DNA of 64,000 nt from Octopus vulgaris. Lineage: Eukaryota. The notes beneath the pieces are model-generated. The model was not told the DNA's origin, did not search any database, and saw only the letters and a list, made by a program, of their open reading frames with translations. Where the stretch lies: contig OX597819.1 of assembly GCA_951406725.2 (NCBI GenBank), positions 115,506,001-115,570,000 on the forward strand, in the 5' to 3' direction. The translations under genes and the position numbers were made by a program. Positions 27,563 to 41,346 of the stretch are shown here, piece by piece; positions within the stretch are counted from its first letter, which is position 1; every line of letters starts with the position of its first letter.

Positions 27563-29117
27563 CACTGGGCAACAAAAAACAAAAAATAATGTTTTTCATG
27601 CTATTTTAACTTTTTCATCTGATTTAGGGTAATTTTAGGATGCTGGATCCGAATCTGACATCAGTTTTCAAACAGCACGGGTAGTTTTTTTTTAGTTATT
27701 CACCGCATCAGATTTTCCAAACAATTGATGATATTCTTTTCTTTTCTACTCTAAGCACAAGGCCCGAAATTTTTGGAGAGGGGGGGTCAGTCGATTAGAT
27801 AGATCCCGGTACGCAACTGGTACTTAATTTATCGACCCCGAAAGGATGAAAGACAAAGTCGACCTCGGCGCAATTTGAACTCAGAACGTAGCGGCAGACG
27901 AAATACCTATTTCTTTACAGAGAGAACAAACAAGGACAGACAAACAGATTAAGTCGATTACATCGACTCCAGTGCGTAACTGGTATTTATTTAATCGACC
28001 CCGAAAAGATGAAAGACAAAGTCGACATCGGCGCAATTTGAACTCAGAACGTAGCGACAGACGAAATACCTATTTCTTTACTACTCACAAGGGGCTAAAC
28101 ACAGAGGGGACAAACAAGGACAGACAAACGGATTAAGTCGATTATATCGACGCCAGTGCGTAACTGGTACTTATTTAATCGAGCCCGAAAGGATGAAAGG
28201 CAAAATCGACCTCGGCGGGATTTGAACTCAGAACGTAGCAGCAGACGAAATACCGCCAAGTATTTCGCCCGGCGCGCTAACGTTTCTTATTTCTTTATTG
28301 TCCACAAGGGGCTAAACATAGAGGGGACAAACAAGGACAGACATTTTCTTCACTCTCATCTTGACTTTTTTTTCCATCCAATAAGGGTGATGTAAGCGAT
28401 GAGCATGGTGAACGATTTCATCAATAAATCAAAGAAATAGAATGCCGCTACAGCGGCAGAATTACACCAAAACTGCTGAGGGACTACTGCTGGCTTTTAA
28501 AACGAGAAACGAACATGCAACATAAGCGTAAAAGAAGACGCCAAAGCTATTTTTGAAAAACATTAAATTAATAATATTCACTTTGTTTTGTGTTTTATTG
28601 GTTTTAGAGCTACTTGTCCACCTACTTGCTATTGTTCTTACACCAAATAATGGTAATTTACGCTTAACATAACATTAATTTTAGAAATATTAAATTTCTA
28701 CATATCTCAGAGCGGTGGTGGAGCGATAGAGCGGTTGTATACTGTCAACTTAACGTGACAGTCCCGTAAAGAGAATTACACCACCGCTATTTAGCCCTAG
28801 GAAGCGTCGACGCTTCCTGTCGGGTTTGACACATTTCCTGTGTCCTTATATTTGCGAAGGGGAGACAAGCACCCCTAACAGCTTGGCCTGCATCCAGAGA
28901 CATGCATGTTTCTGAGTGCTCATCATCAGTCAAGAGTAGCATTAATTTTATTTGTCATGAATTTTCACATTATTGTAATTTTGATAACAGTAGAATAATG
29001 ACAGCGCAAAAATGTGACATGCTAGAACAAAAATGGTTGCAGATTCGGAATCAGCGCCTCCAAGTTACCTATGAGCACGATTTCGTTTAATAGTAGCAAA
29101 AATTTTGTTGCCTAGTA
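27563..29117 (+). mobile_element. Internally deleted Chapaev3-like (CMC) DNA transposon with nested SINE B multimer and a hammerhead-bearing repeat
   Basis: tta|CACTGGGCAACAAAA...TTTTGTTGCCTAGTA|tta. Residual peptide SDEHGERFHQ*I..IECRYSG....LRDYCWLLKRE at about 28390-28510. Family assignment is from recalled motifs. Confidence 0.7.
28897..28931 (-). ncRNA. Minimal hammerhead motif, same repeat family as 47516-47554
   Basis: CTGATGA-TGAGcaCTCA-GAA-ACATGCATGT-C with a palindromic stem III. Flanks at about 28705-28850 match about 47605-47740 in inverted orientation. Confidence 0.6.
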
Positions 29118-29154
29118 TTATCGTTTTTATTGGCGTTTTTGCTGTTGTTTAGAC

Positions 29155-29340
29155 CAGTGCTCTGCAACTGGTATGCCACGGCACACAGGTGTGCCACAAG
29201 AAGATGCATGGTGTGCCGCAATGTAACCGGAATATAATTTCCCCCTATAGTCTTAGTTATATTTTTAGTTCAGGTGTGCCACCAAATTTGGAAAAGAATA
29301 TAAGTATACCATAAGTGGAAAAAAGGTTGCGGTAACACTG
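29155..29340. mobile_element. hAT-like MITE
   Basis: CAGTG...CACTG ends, 8-bp TSD gtttagac on both sides, internal GTGTGCC repeats. Confidence 0.85.
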
Positions 29341-30884
29341 GTTTAGACCCAGGTCAGTCTTGATCGAGCAGAGCCACGATCAAAAGTTTTTCAGTTACAG
29401 TTATCCCATCTATTTTTCTAGTTTACATTATCCAATGTGTCTTTTCTCATTTTAAGTTGGAGAGCGTGATTTGAGGCTTACTTAGTTACTGCTATTAGCA
29501 GACTAAGCAACCATGAAGAGATTCTCTTCTTGGTGTTGCTGCTAATGTTCTAAATATTATTTTTTATTCCTATACAATTCTTAGTTTTACTATCATCACC
29601 TCTGCTATCGCCATCAGCAACTTCACTTCCAGTACATGCGAAACTAGACGCGACACATCATGAACCAATGAAAAGGAGCCTCTTACATTACGAAGCGATT
29701 TATAAAAAAAGACCAGCTACATTTCCAGCAAACTGCATTCTGCTGTCTTTATAAATGATACTTTGGATATTGCTGTTTTGGGTAAATATTACGAAAAATA
29801 AGTCGTATACTCGGGGCCGCCTTAGCAACATTATAGACTCCCTGGCAAAATAACGTTTGGAGTCCTATAGAAATTACTGACAGTAACCCACGACACACCT
29901 AAATTAAAATTGGCCCCTTGATGCTCCCGGGAACTATCCAGTATATGCTGGTCTTTAAGACTGCACTGCGTGTACTTGGTTTGGAATAGAGTCTAGATAG
30001 CAGAAAAATAAGTAGGATATATGAGTAAAAGAGCATCGGTTGTAGTTTCTGTGTAAGCAGAAGCCAACGAAGAAATATATTACATATTCGCTCGACATGC
30101 AAGAAATAATATCTAAATTTTCCTCATACCACGCACGTAATATGGTAGGTAGTAGTCCTGAGCTGAGAAAGTCTGAGAACGATGGCTCAAAACTCAGCAG
30201 GACCTTTACTACAAGATTTTCGTTTTAGCCTGGATATGTTCCAGACTTAGACTCAGAACAATAAATCGTTATTGAATTCAAATAAATCGTTGTTGAATTA
30301 TAGGATTAAGTTTAAGAAGAGTTGTGAATTCTGTTCCCGGACTGAGCTGTTTGTTGTGTTCTTGAGCAAAACACTTTATCTCCCGTTTCTCTAGTCCACT
30401 CAGCTGTAGAAATGAGTTTCGGCGTCATTTGTGCCAAGCTATATCGGCCTTTGCCTTTCCTCTGGATAACATCAATAACGTGGAGAGGGGAGCCTGGTTG
30501 ACATGGACGACTGCTGGTCTTCCATAAACATCTTTACCCGGACTCGTATCTCGGAGGGGAGCTTTCTAGGTGCAATCTCATAGTCATTTTACCTTTTACT
30601 TTTGTTGTTGTTCTATAATTCCAGGTGGACCCTCTTTAAACAGACTTATAACCAAACTATCATACCAGTTGTTATCCTGATTCTCTAGCGATATCTTAGA
30701 TTATATTACTTAAAATGTTTTGGCTGCTGCTTTAGCGGATTAAGCGAGCGTGTTGATGGCTCTCTTGTTGACTTGAGTATTCAAAAATAGAAAAGTTTGT
30801 TGGTAGCGTAATTAAAAGCGTCAAATAGTTCACGCCAGACATTCTTGCAAATGCATTTTAGTTAGTAATGATAAAACAGTAGTA

Positions 30885-30979
30885 GTAGTTGTTATAATGA
30901 TGATAATGATAATAATAATAATAATAACAACAACAACAACAATAATAATGATAATAATAATAATAATAACAACAATAAC

Positions 30980-31053
<74 letters not shown>

Positions 31054-31131
31054 TAACGACAACAACAATAACAATAATAATAATAATAATAATAATAATG
31101 TTAATAATAATGATATGAATAATAATAATAG
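30885..31131. repeat. (AAT)n/(AAC)n microsatellite
   Basis: Direct reading. Confidence 0.95.
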
Positions 31132-31760
31132 ATCTAATTATTTAAAACAACTGTGAACGCATTAAATGAACATTAAGTCTGAGGGAATATAGATGCATAT
31201 TGATATCCGTTGCGTCAGTATGTACATAAATGTGTGCAAAAGTGCATGTATTTATTATAATGTGTATGTCTGCGTGTATATGAATGTGAATATGTGTGTA
31301 TACGTCGCGTATACAGGGTGTAGCAAAAACATCCAGATTCACAATTTTCGATAAACATATTAAAAGCAAACAACAATATATTCCAATATAAATCACAATA
31401 AAAACCAATAAGAGAAACAAAAACGGTAAGACATAAGCTACAGGATGACCCTATTGTCGCTTGCCTAGCTTCCTCAGTGCTATATCAATGGTTATGTAAA
31501 ATATGGGAGGGTTTCTGCCGCAAAGTGGGTATGCGCGAGAGTGTAAAGGTCAATATTAATTTAATACAATTATGTCCCATTGTATGTCCTACTTTATAAC
31601 ATCTTCCTCTCGCATTTACTCTCCCAAATTACTCGCTATTATTCCTTGTCTTTCCTTTCCTTTCCTCTTTGACTCTCCCACTGTTTTACCCAGACACTTC
31701 TCTTCCTCCCTCTGTCTGCTTGTCCCCTCTCTCGCTCCACTCTTTACATTATATAATCGA

Positions 31761-32607
31761 CTAGCAGAATTGCCCGGCGTTGCTCGGGGCTGAATTGCTT
31801 GAAAGTACTGTTAATGATTGCACTGAATTATGATGATTAATCAGGCAAATATTGATATAAGTTTACGCTGGGAGATAAGGACTTAACGATCAAACGTGTG
31901 CCATTGCATTGTTTTGGGGGAACCAAATTTCTGATGAGCATTATAGGGGCACCGACTTTAAGTTTGAGAATGTGTGGTGTTAGTCCGGGGTGCTCAAAGG
32001 AATTGAGTACCTCTATTGGATAGTTGATGACGTCCTGTGGGTCAGGAGTTGTATTGATAGACTGATATACATAGACTTCCCCAGGAATGAGTTTTAGCAT
32101 TTCATCATTAATATGGTGAACAATTTTATTCCTCGGGGCCAGTATAGCCTTTTTGCCAATCCAATCCATATTCTGATAATTAGCTTGTAGATCTTGGAAC
32201 ACTGCATCTCTGAGATCAGAAGGCGTCTTAACAATGGTACAAATGAAATCGATGGCAATATTACCATTTTCATCCCCTGGTATTTTGCCTTCGCCAAGTG
32301 CAAGGAGGGTGTGAGGAAATGCTGCTGATGTGATATTACGTCGCATATGAGCACGCATATTGGTGTGAAGTTTGAGAGTTACTTCCCTTTATTTAAAAAA
32401 ATATGCATTAAGATGGGAGAAAATGATGATAAATTATTTGTAAAATCGTAGACTCATCGTAGACGCACGCTAATACCCAGAAGGGCTCGATATGAATCAC
32501 GACTATAAGATACTCGGTTTTGGTTAAACTGCATCGCAAAATGTGGGAGTAGTTAGGAATCTAAATCGGAGTAGACAGACACACAACCTTTCTTTTATAT
32601 ATAAAGA
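31761..32607 (-). mobile_element. Deleted Helitron retaining a PIF1-like helicase fragment
   Basis: A|TC start and hairpin + CTAG|T end. ORF 31837-32358 has AILAPRN, LKLKVGAPIMLIRNL and CNGTRL. Confidence 0.9.
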
Positions 32608-34352
32608 TTTTCGTCCGTCCTAAAAAACTTTGTGCGGAGTGAATGGTTACCTCTATGGAAATATATACACACACATTATACATACATGTGTGTATAGATG
32701 AATATATAAATACATTTAAATATCTATATACACTTTTGGGCGATCTTTCTGCTACTTGGATATACTTTAGATCTTATATTCATCCAATTCGTCCTAAATA
32801 ACTTTGTATGGAGTGAATGGTTACCTCTATGGAAATATATACACACACATTATAGATACATGTGTGTGTCTATATACACTTTTGGGCGACTGCTACTTAG
32901 AGATAACTTTAGATGTTATTTTCGTCCTAAAAAACTTTGTGCGGAGTGAATGGTTACCTCTATGGAAATATATACACACACATTATACATACATGTGTGT
33001 ATAGATGTATATATAAATACATTTAAATATCTATATACACTTTTGGGCGATCTTTCTGCTACTTAGATATACTTTAGATCTTATATTCGTCCTAAAAAAC
33101 TTTGTATGAAGTGAAAGGTTACCTCTATGGAAATATATACACACACATTATACATACATGTGTGTATAGATGTATATATAAATACATTTAAATATCTATA
33201 TACACTTTTGGGCGATCTTTCTGCTACTTGGATATACTTTAGATCTTATATTCATCCAATTCGTCCTAAATAACTTTGTATGGAGTGAATGGTTACCTCT
33301 ATGGAAATATATACACACACATTATAGATACATGTGTGTGTCTATATACACTTTTGGGCGACTGCTACTTAGAGATAACTTTAGATGTTATTTTCGTCCT
33401 AAAAAAACTTTGTGCGGAGTGAATGGTTACCTCTATGGAAATATATACACACACATTATACATACATGTGTGTATAGATGTATATATAAATACATTTAAA
33501 TATCTATATACACTTTTGGGCGATCTTTCTGCTACTTAGATATACTTTAGATCTTATATTCGTCCTAAAAAACTTTGTATGAAGTGAAAGGTTACCTCTA
33601 TGGAAATATATACACACACATTATACATACATGTGTGTATAGATGTATATATAAATACATTTAAATATCTATATACACTTTTGGGCGATCTTTCTGCTAC
33701 TTAGATATACTTTAGATCTTATGTTCGTCCAATTCGTCCTAAATAACTTTGTATGGAGTGAATGGTTACCTCTATGGAAATATATACACACACATTATAC
33801 ATACATGTGTGTGTCTATATACACTTTTGGGCGACTGCTACTTAGAGATAACTTTAGATGTTATTTTCGTCCTAAAAAACTTTGTGCGGAGTGAATGGTT
33901 ACCTCTATGGAAATATATACACACACATTATACATACATGTGTGTATAGATGAATATATAAATACATTTAAATATCTATATACACTTTTGGGTGATCTTT
34001 CTGCTACTTGGATATACTTTAGATCTTATATTCGTCCAATTCGTCCTAAATAACTTTGTATGGAGTGAATGGTTACCTCTATGGAAATATATACACACAC
34101 ATTATACATACATGTGTGTGTCTATATACACTTTTGGGCGACTGCTACTTAGAGATAACTTTAGATGTTATTTTCGTCCTAAAAAAACTTTGTGCGGAGT
34201 GAATGGTTACCTCTATGGAAATATATACACACACATTATACATACATGTGTGTATAGATGAATATATAAATACATTTAAATATCTATATACACTTTTGGG
34301 TGATCTTTCTGCTACTTGGATATACTTTAGATCTTATATTCGTCCAAAAAAC
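32608..34352. repeat. Minisatellite of 11 units (about 133, 165 and 174 bp) with a higher-order period near 473 bp
   Basis: The core ttacctctatggaaatatatacacacacattata recurs at about 32647, 32821, 32954, 33119, 33293, 33427, 33592, 33766, 33899, 34073 and 34207. Confidence 0.9.
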
Positions 34353-34953
34353 TTTCCTGTCACACACTCACACACACGCACACACACACACACGCACCCT
34401 CACACACACACACACACACTCACACACACACACACACTCACACACACACACACACACGTTAGCTTACAATTTTATTTATATATTTGCGTGTCTATGTGTG
34501 TAAAGAGGAAGTGGGAATGCAGAGTGAAAGAGCTTTCACTTTAATCGTTGCACACTTGCAAAGAGAAAGGAGGAGAAATTAGGGTGATAGCGTGAGTGAA
34601 TCAGATCGCTCCGTTTTTGTGTGTGTGTGTGTGTGCGTGTGCTGTAGCCCACACTAAGAAAAGCACTTCACTTACACACCACAACATGAGTTTTCTCTAA
34701 ATTTTGCTTAATTGGGGTTGAAATTTTAAAAACCGGACCTGGCACGACCCGATGCATTCTACTCTTAAAAATGCTAGGTAAATTGTAATTGAAGAAATCC
34801 TATATTGTAGATTTCTATAAGAGACAAAGGGAGGCAGATAAAATCTGCCTTTTATAATAAGAGATCCTTGTTGGCAGATATCTCCATCATATCTCTCACT
34901 CACATTCATACGCTTTCGGATACATTTATAAATTCATCAGATACAAATTCATA

Positions 34954-35124
34954 GGCGCAGGAGTGGCTGTGTGGTAAGTAGCTTGCTTACCAACCACATG
35001 GTTCCGGGTTCAGTCCCATTGCGTGGCATCTTGGGCAAGTGTCTTCTGCTATAGCCCCGGGCCGACCAATGCCTTGTGAGTGGATTTGGTAGACGGAAAC
35101 TGAAAGAAGCCTGCCGTGTATATG

Positions 35125-35189
<65 letters not shown>

Positions 35190-36231
35190 TTGTGTGTCTG
35201 TGTTTGTCCCCCTAGCATTGCTTGACAACCGATGCTGGTGTGTTTACGCCCCATCACTTAGCGGTTCGGCAAAAGAGACCGATAGAATAAGTACTGGGCT
35301 TACAAAGAATAAGTCCCGGGGTAGATTTGCTCGACTAAAGGCGGTGCTCCAGTATGGCCGTAGTCAAATGACTGAAACAAGTAAACGAGTAAAAGATGTT
35401 TATATTTGTCATGTATGTATGCACACATGTAAACAGTTATGCGTATGAGTGGTAAGAAGTTTGTGAGGCAGCTTGGATAAGTGTCTTCTGCTATAGCCCC
35501 GGGGTAACCAAAATCTTGTGAGTGGGTTTAGTAGATGGAAACTGAAAGAAGCCCGTCGTATATATGGATATATCTATGTATGTTTGTCTTTCTATATGCG
35601 TTTGTCCCCCACCCACCACTTGACAACCTGTTGGACTGTTTACTTCCTCTATACTTAGAGATTCGGAAAAGACACCGATAGAATAAGTACCAGGCTTAAA
35701 ACATGGATGTACTGAGGTCGAGTTGTTCGACCAAACACTTCAAGGCGTTGCCCCAGCATGGCCGTAGTCCAATGACTGAAACATGTAAAAGGTAGATACA
35801 TGAAAGATATACACTCTTTTACTCTTTTACTCGTTTCAGTCATTTCACTGTGGCCATGCTGGAGCACCGCCGCCTTTAATCGAGCAAATCGAACCCAGGA
35901 CTTATTCTTTGTAAGTCTAGTACTTATTCTATCGGTCTCTTTTGCCGAACGGCTAAGTTACGGGGCTATAAACACACCACCGATGGTTGTCGAGCGATGT
36001 TGTGGGGACAAACACAGACACACAAACATATACACACATACATATATATATATATACATACATATATACGACGGGCTTCTTTCAGTTTCCATCTACCAAA
36101 TCCATTCAGAAGGCTTTGGTCAGCCCGAGGCTATAGTAGAAGATACTTGCCCAAGGTGCCACGCAGTGAGAATGAATCCGGAACCATGTGGTAGGTAAGC
36201 AAGCTACTTACCACACAGCCACTCCTACGCC
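34954..36231. mobile_element. Cluster of three SINE A copies: 34954-35396(+), about 35447-35790(+, diverged), 35813-36231(-)
   Basis: Each matches 2838-3279. Confidence 0.85.
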
Positions 36232-36659
36232 TATAGTATATATACATATATTATAGGCGTAGGGAATCAAAAATTTTAAAACAAAATTCAAATAAAGCTA
36301 GAGTTACAAAACCACCAGTCGACGGAAAGGGCATTTTTCAGAACTTCTAAACAGAGACCCTCAAATGGTAACTGCAGTTAAGATCTTTCGGTTTGGAGGC
36401 TGCTTCTCACCCTCCATCTCACCCCAACCCGCAACCTTGTCCGGTAAATGTTAAAACTTACGTAGGCAAGGCCTTCTTGCTCCTTTTGGATAAGCATTTT
36501 CCGTAGCAAACTAATAAATACAGCAACATTCTTAATAGACGCTCAGTGAAAATATAATACAGCTACTGCACCAATATGTAGAATATTATCACCCGCAAGC
36601 ATCACCAAGAGCCCACTCCCAATTCTATCCGTCGAGACCCCGAAGCTTAAAACTGCTCC

Positions 36660-37830
36660 ATCAATATTCTTTTGACGTATCGGCCTCAATACAGTCAACA
36701 TCATCAGTTAGCGTTTTCTTTTTTCTTATCCTGTTCCAGATTGTTCTGGCCACCGCATCGTGCCTCAAGGGAAGATAATATCTGGAAGACATTCTCTTAC
36801 AGATGACAATAAGGTGGCTTATACTTTCAGTCTTTGTTTTGCACAGCTGCCATTTGTTGTCTGTCAATGTTTTCTGCCAATTACGTTGCATGTATATAGT
36901 GAGGATCTCTAGTTCTTGACTTGCATAACGGTAAACCTTGGAAGTGGAATGTTATAAACTTGTCATTCTCCATGCCAAGGTTTTGATATAATCGATTTCT
37001 TCTGTGGTTTGTATCTTTCGTGCCAAGTACTCATGCACTATCTTCTCAGTGAACTGGTCCATATTCATAAATTTTGCTTGCCTGATAATAAATTTTTATC
37101 AATGTTCCTTGGGGAGCTGATCTGTATCAGCTCTTATTTCACGCGTCTCCTCAAGTTCATTAGCAATCCTAGTAATGTTGATGATTTCATGGTTGCAAAC
37201 TTGGGAAATATTGGCAAATATTCGTATGACATAAATACAGATTTAGACAATATCTACCATCCTTGCGTATGAAGCATAACCTGTCTACATCACGACTGAT
37301 GTTCAAATTTCCTGTAACACCGAACAGTTTGTGAGTTCGAACATTCAATTGCTAAGGTGTTGCGGGCAATATGCTTGTTTTAAGCTGAGATTTCAAATGA
37401 TCATATTTTTTTACCCTCTTGAGGTACTCATACCTCTTTCCTTCATTGATGGGTTCGTCATAGATGATGACATTCTCATCCTGCCCAAGATACTTGTAAT
37501 TTTCCCCAGAGAGCAGAGGCTGGCTGTATTTCTAGGTTGTGTACGTTTAGTGTTTGGATGAGGGCACAAGTTGGCCACGTTTTAGCACAAAACATGCACT
37601 TTTGGACTCAGCAAATTTCATTTCGATGTCTCTGGAGAATTGATTTATGAGATCCAGTGTTTTTTTTTCATTAATCAATATTTGGCCTATCCAGCTTTAA
37701 GTCAACAACAAAGACAAGGCGGAAGATGTTATCGGAGCCACTCCTATAGTTGCTGCGTTTTGTGACTAGTTATACGAGGAGATTCATTAAGAATACAATG
37801 AGTAGTACTGACAATATAGCGAACTGATGC
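36660..37830 (-). mobile_element. Heavily degraded RLE-type LINE fragment
   Basis: Minus peptide LCKTKTESISHLIVICKRMSSRYYLPLRHDAVARTIW (CCHC remnant plus RHD). Confidence 0.6.
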
Positions 37831-37872
37831 TTTTTGGTAGTGTATGATGTAAGATTTGATGTCTTCAATGTG

Positions 37873-38256
37873 GGGAAGCACTTCGTCGGTTACGACGATG
37901 AGGGCTCCGGTTGATCCGAATCAACAGAACAGCCTGCTCGTGAAATTAACGTGTAAGTGGCTGAGCACTCCACAGACACGTGTACCCTTAACGTAGTTCT
38001 CGGGGATATTCAGCGTGACACAGAGAGTGACAAGGCCGGCCCTTTGAAATACAGGTACAACAGAAACAGGAAGTAAGAGTGAGAGAAAGTTGTGGTGAAA
38101 GAGTACAGCAGGGATCACCACCATCCCCTGCCGGAGCCTCGTGGAGCTTTTAGGTGTTTTCGCTCAATAAACACTCACAACGCCCGGTCTGGGAATCGAA
38201 ACCGCGATCCTATGACCGCGAGTCCGCTGCCCTAACCACTGGGCCATTGCGCCTCC
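37873..38256 (-). mobile_element. SINE family C
   Basis: Matches 16556-16937; TSD atgtcttcaatgt. Confidence 0.9.
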
Positions 38257-38407
38257 ATGTCTTCAATGTAACCTGTAAGAAGTAAATCGTACCAGTTGTT
38301 GGTTAGGTGGTCGATGACAGCTTTTTGTGGCGGTTGTACTTTGGCTCATTGCAGTGCCTTGACAATCCAATCGAGATTGTGGCTCGTTGATTTTTGTTAT
38401 TGTCACT

Positions 38408-38945
38408 TCAAGCATGCGGAACCCATGCTCCATACTTCTGAACCTTTTCCATCGAGTGAAGATGCTTCTCTATAGCAGTGTGGGAACATTCCATTTTCTC
38501 TGCCAGTTCCCTTGTCGCCTGACGAGAATTTTCGTGCAAAAGTTGGTTTAATCGCTCTTCATCGAGCTCAACTGGACGGCCAGAACGAGGTGCGTCTTTG
38601 AGGTAAAAATTTCCATTTTTAAACTTGGCATACCAATCACGAGCGGTTCTTTCTCCATACACAGTACAAATGTCGTGAGCAGCTTTTTCGGCTTTAGAAC
38701 CTTGATTAAAAGCAAAAAGAAGGTGTCGAAAATGCTCGTTTTCTTAACTAGACATTTTATTTTAATGATCTGAAAATAAACAAAGAATAACTAAAATTAA
38801 CTAAAAAAAAAAAACCCAAAATATATTCCAGAATGATTCAAAAATAGAATTCTCGAAAACACATAGATCCCAAAATTTAAAAACGCAATAAATTCCAAAA
38901 TCAAAAAAAACACAAAACAGCAGGAACATGGTTGCTAACCTAATA
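38408..38945 (-). mobile_element. 5' half of a mariner element from a second family
   Basis: ERTARDWYAKFKNGNF.LKDAPRSGRP...ELAEKM...GAWVPHA (HTH plus WVPH motif); TIR-like tattaggttagcaac end. Confidence 0.8.
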
Positions 38946-39058
38946 GATTGTGTACACAACTTGTGTGTTCCTACTGTAAAGAAATTGTCTCCAGTTCTAT
39001 AGTTCATTGTGTATGTCAGCTTCATCAGTGTGACCACTACGGAGAGAGAGAGAGAGAG

Positions 39059-39117
<59 letters not shown>

Positions 39118-39286
39118 CAGGTAGATAAAAATGGTAGGACTTTCTGAGTCTCGCGTGACAGGCCATGCTTGAAGTGAGAAGGGTAGATGTGTGCTCTTGA
39201 TAAACGCCGAGTTACCAAAGAGGAGTTAATTTGCTGTTGCATTTTTATAGACTAACTAAACTAGGTCAAGCTATAAACAAAGGATT

Positions 39287-39505
39287 TACTCTTTTACAAT
39301 TGACTGCAGCCATGCTGGAGCACCGCCTTTAGTCGAGCAAATCGACCCCAGGATTTATTCTTTGTAAGCCTAGTACTTATTCTATCGGTCTCTTTTGCCG
39401 AGCCGCTAAGTTACGGGGACGTAAACACATCAGCATCAGTTGTCAAGCGATGTTGGGGGGACAAACACAGACACGCAAACATATAGACACACACACAGAC
39501 ACACG

Positions 39506-39539
<34 letters not shown>

Positions 39540-39717
39540 CATATATATACGACGGGCTTCTTTTAGTTTCCATCTACCAAATCCACTCACAAGGCTTTGG
39601 TCGGCCCGAGGCTATAGTAGAAGACACTTGCTCAAGGTGCCACGCAGTGGGACTGAACCCGGTACCATGTGGTTCGTAAGCAAGCTACTTACCACACAGC
39701 CACTCCACTCCTACGCC
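39287..39717 (-). mobile_element. SINE family A
   Basis: Reverse complement of the family A sequence. Confidence 0.85.
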
Positions 39718-39862
39718 TATTAATCTCTTAGAAAACAATAGGCCGATAACTTGTGGTGAAAAAATGTGGATTAGGTTTCGAATCCTAGCTTAGAAAGGTG
39801 CTAGCTGTTCGCCACACACACATGCAAACTCACACGTGCACGCGCGCGCACACATACATGTA

Positions 39863-39913
<51 letters not shown>

Positions 39914-40571
39914 CTATATGTTTCACGAACTTGTGAAAAATAGCGTTGTTGAATATGTGAGCTCGAATTACATTCCTACAGGCCAATTAATAGTTCATTG
40001 TATTTCCGATTGCAACAATGACAAGCGGTGCCTATGAATGTGACCTTTTGAAAGCATATATTACGTCGTGACATCTCTGATTGCAGCTCTGGAAGTTCGT
40101 TCCTTGAATTTCATAAATGATCCATGCAGGAAGCTCCTGTTCGACCTATGGATCTTGACATAATAAAAAGAATGCAGTAATAACACTTTAAAATCTAACC
40201 GGACGTTTATGAAAACGTGGCACTATTAGAATCGATTACTGGGTCTGTGTATGAAAGAAAACAATTATAACAGTCGAAGAAATGGCCTGCAACAGCTTCA
40301 ACAACACGTGGTAACCACATTCCCGCTCTCTTCCTCCCTCATTCCGTCGACCTCATATCTCTCTCGTCAAAACAATACAACTGCACCCACTGCGGCAAAA
40401 ACAAGGTCAACGTCTTCTTGGATTTCGCAGATAGAAGTATCTTGTATAAAAAATGTTGCCGACCAATCAACAAATATCAACTGGTCTTGTGACACATTGC
40501 CACGGAATACAATCTTCAAAGTAAAAAATATCATGAAGAATTTGTGTGTGTGTGTGTGAGTGTGTGCGTGC

Positions 40572-40607
<36 letters not shown>

Positions 40608-41346
40608 GTTTTGGCAATACTTAACGTGAATGGGTTTGAATTTATTATTCTAGCAGTTTACCAAGAAGGCGGGGAGCTGGCAGAAACGTTAGCACGCCGG
40701 TCGAAATGCGTGGCCGTATTTCGTCTGCCGTTACGTTCTGAGTTCAAATTCCGCCGAGGTCGACTTTGCCTTTCATCCTTTCGGAGTCGATGAATTAAGT
40801 ACCAGTTTCGTACTGGGGTCGATCTAATCGACTGGCTCCCTTCCCAAAAATTTCGGACCTTGTGCCTAGAGTAGAAAAGATTCTAACAGATTACCAAGAA
40901 GGGTCATGATTTAGTTGTTAGGATGTTGCAATCGTAAGAGCGTGGTTTCGATTCCCGGATCGTGTGGTGCATTGTGCTTTTTAAGCAAAGCATTTCATTT
41001 CACGATGTTCCAGTCTAGTTAACTGTAAACGAATAACCGCGTGACAAACAACCGTCCCATTCACGGACAGTTTTATGATCTCGAACACTTACTTGCAAGA
41101 AAACCGGGTAAGTGACCCTGTTAGACCGAGGACTTGAGGCAGTAATGTTCAGGGATTGATGATAATGATCACCAAGTTATAAAACTGTCGTTAAATTTGA
41201 AAATAGATGTTTTTCGTTTGCCGACGTCTATTTTCCGAAAACATACCGAAAAAATATATGGGATGCATGCGTGAAAAGAAGGAAAGAAATGTACGAGAAT
41301 TTAGGAACTATGCGAACACAAAATAACAGTTAAATTTTTCTGATCT

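Noticed and set aside
31837-32358. PIF1 helicase as a host gene
   Set aside because: A fragment enclosed by Helitron termini, lacking the N-terminal helicase motifs.
32608-34352. Regularly spaced repeats resembling a CRISPR array
   Set aside because: The intervening sequences are themselves repeated rather than unique spacers, there are no cas genes, and the context is eukaryotic.
40251-40559. 102-aa non-repetitive ORF
   Set aside because: No recognisable domain or convincing splice sites, and it runs into a (TG)n tract.
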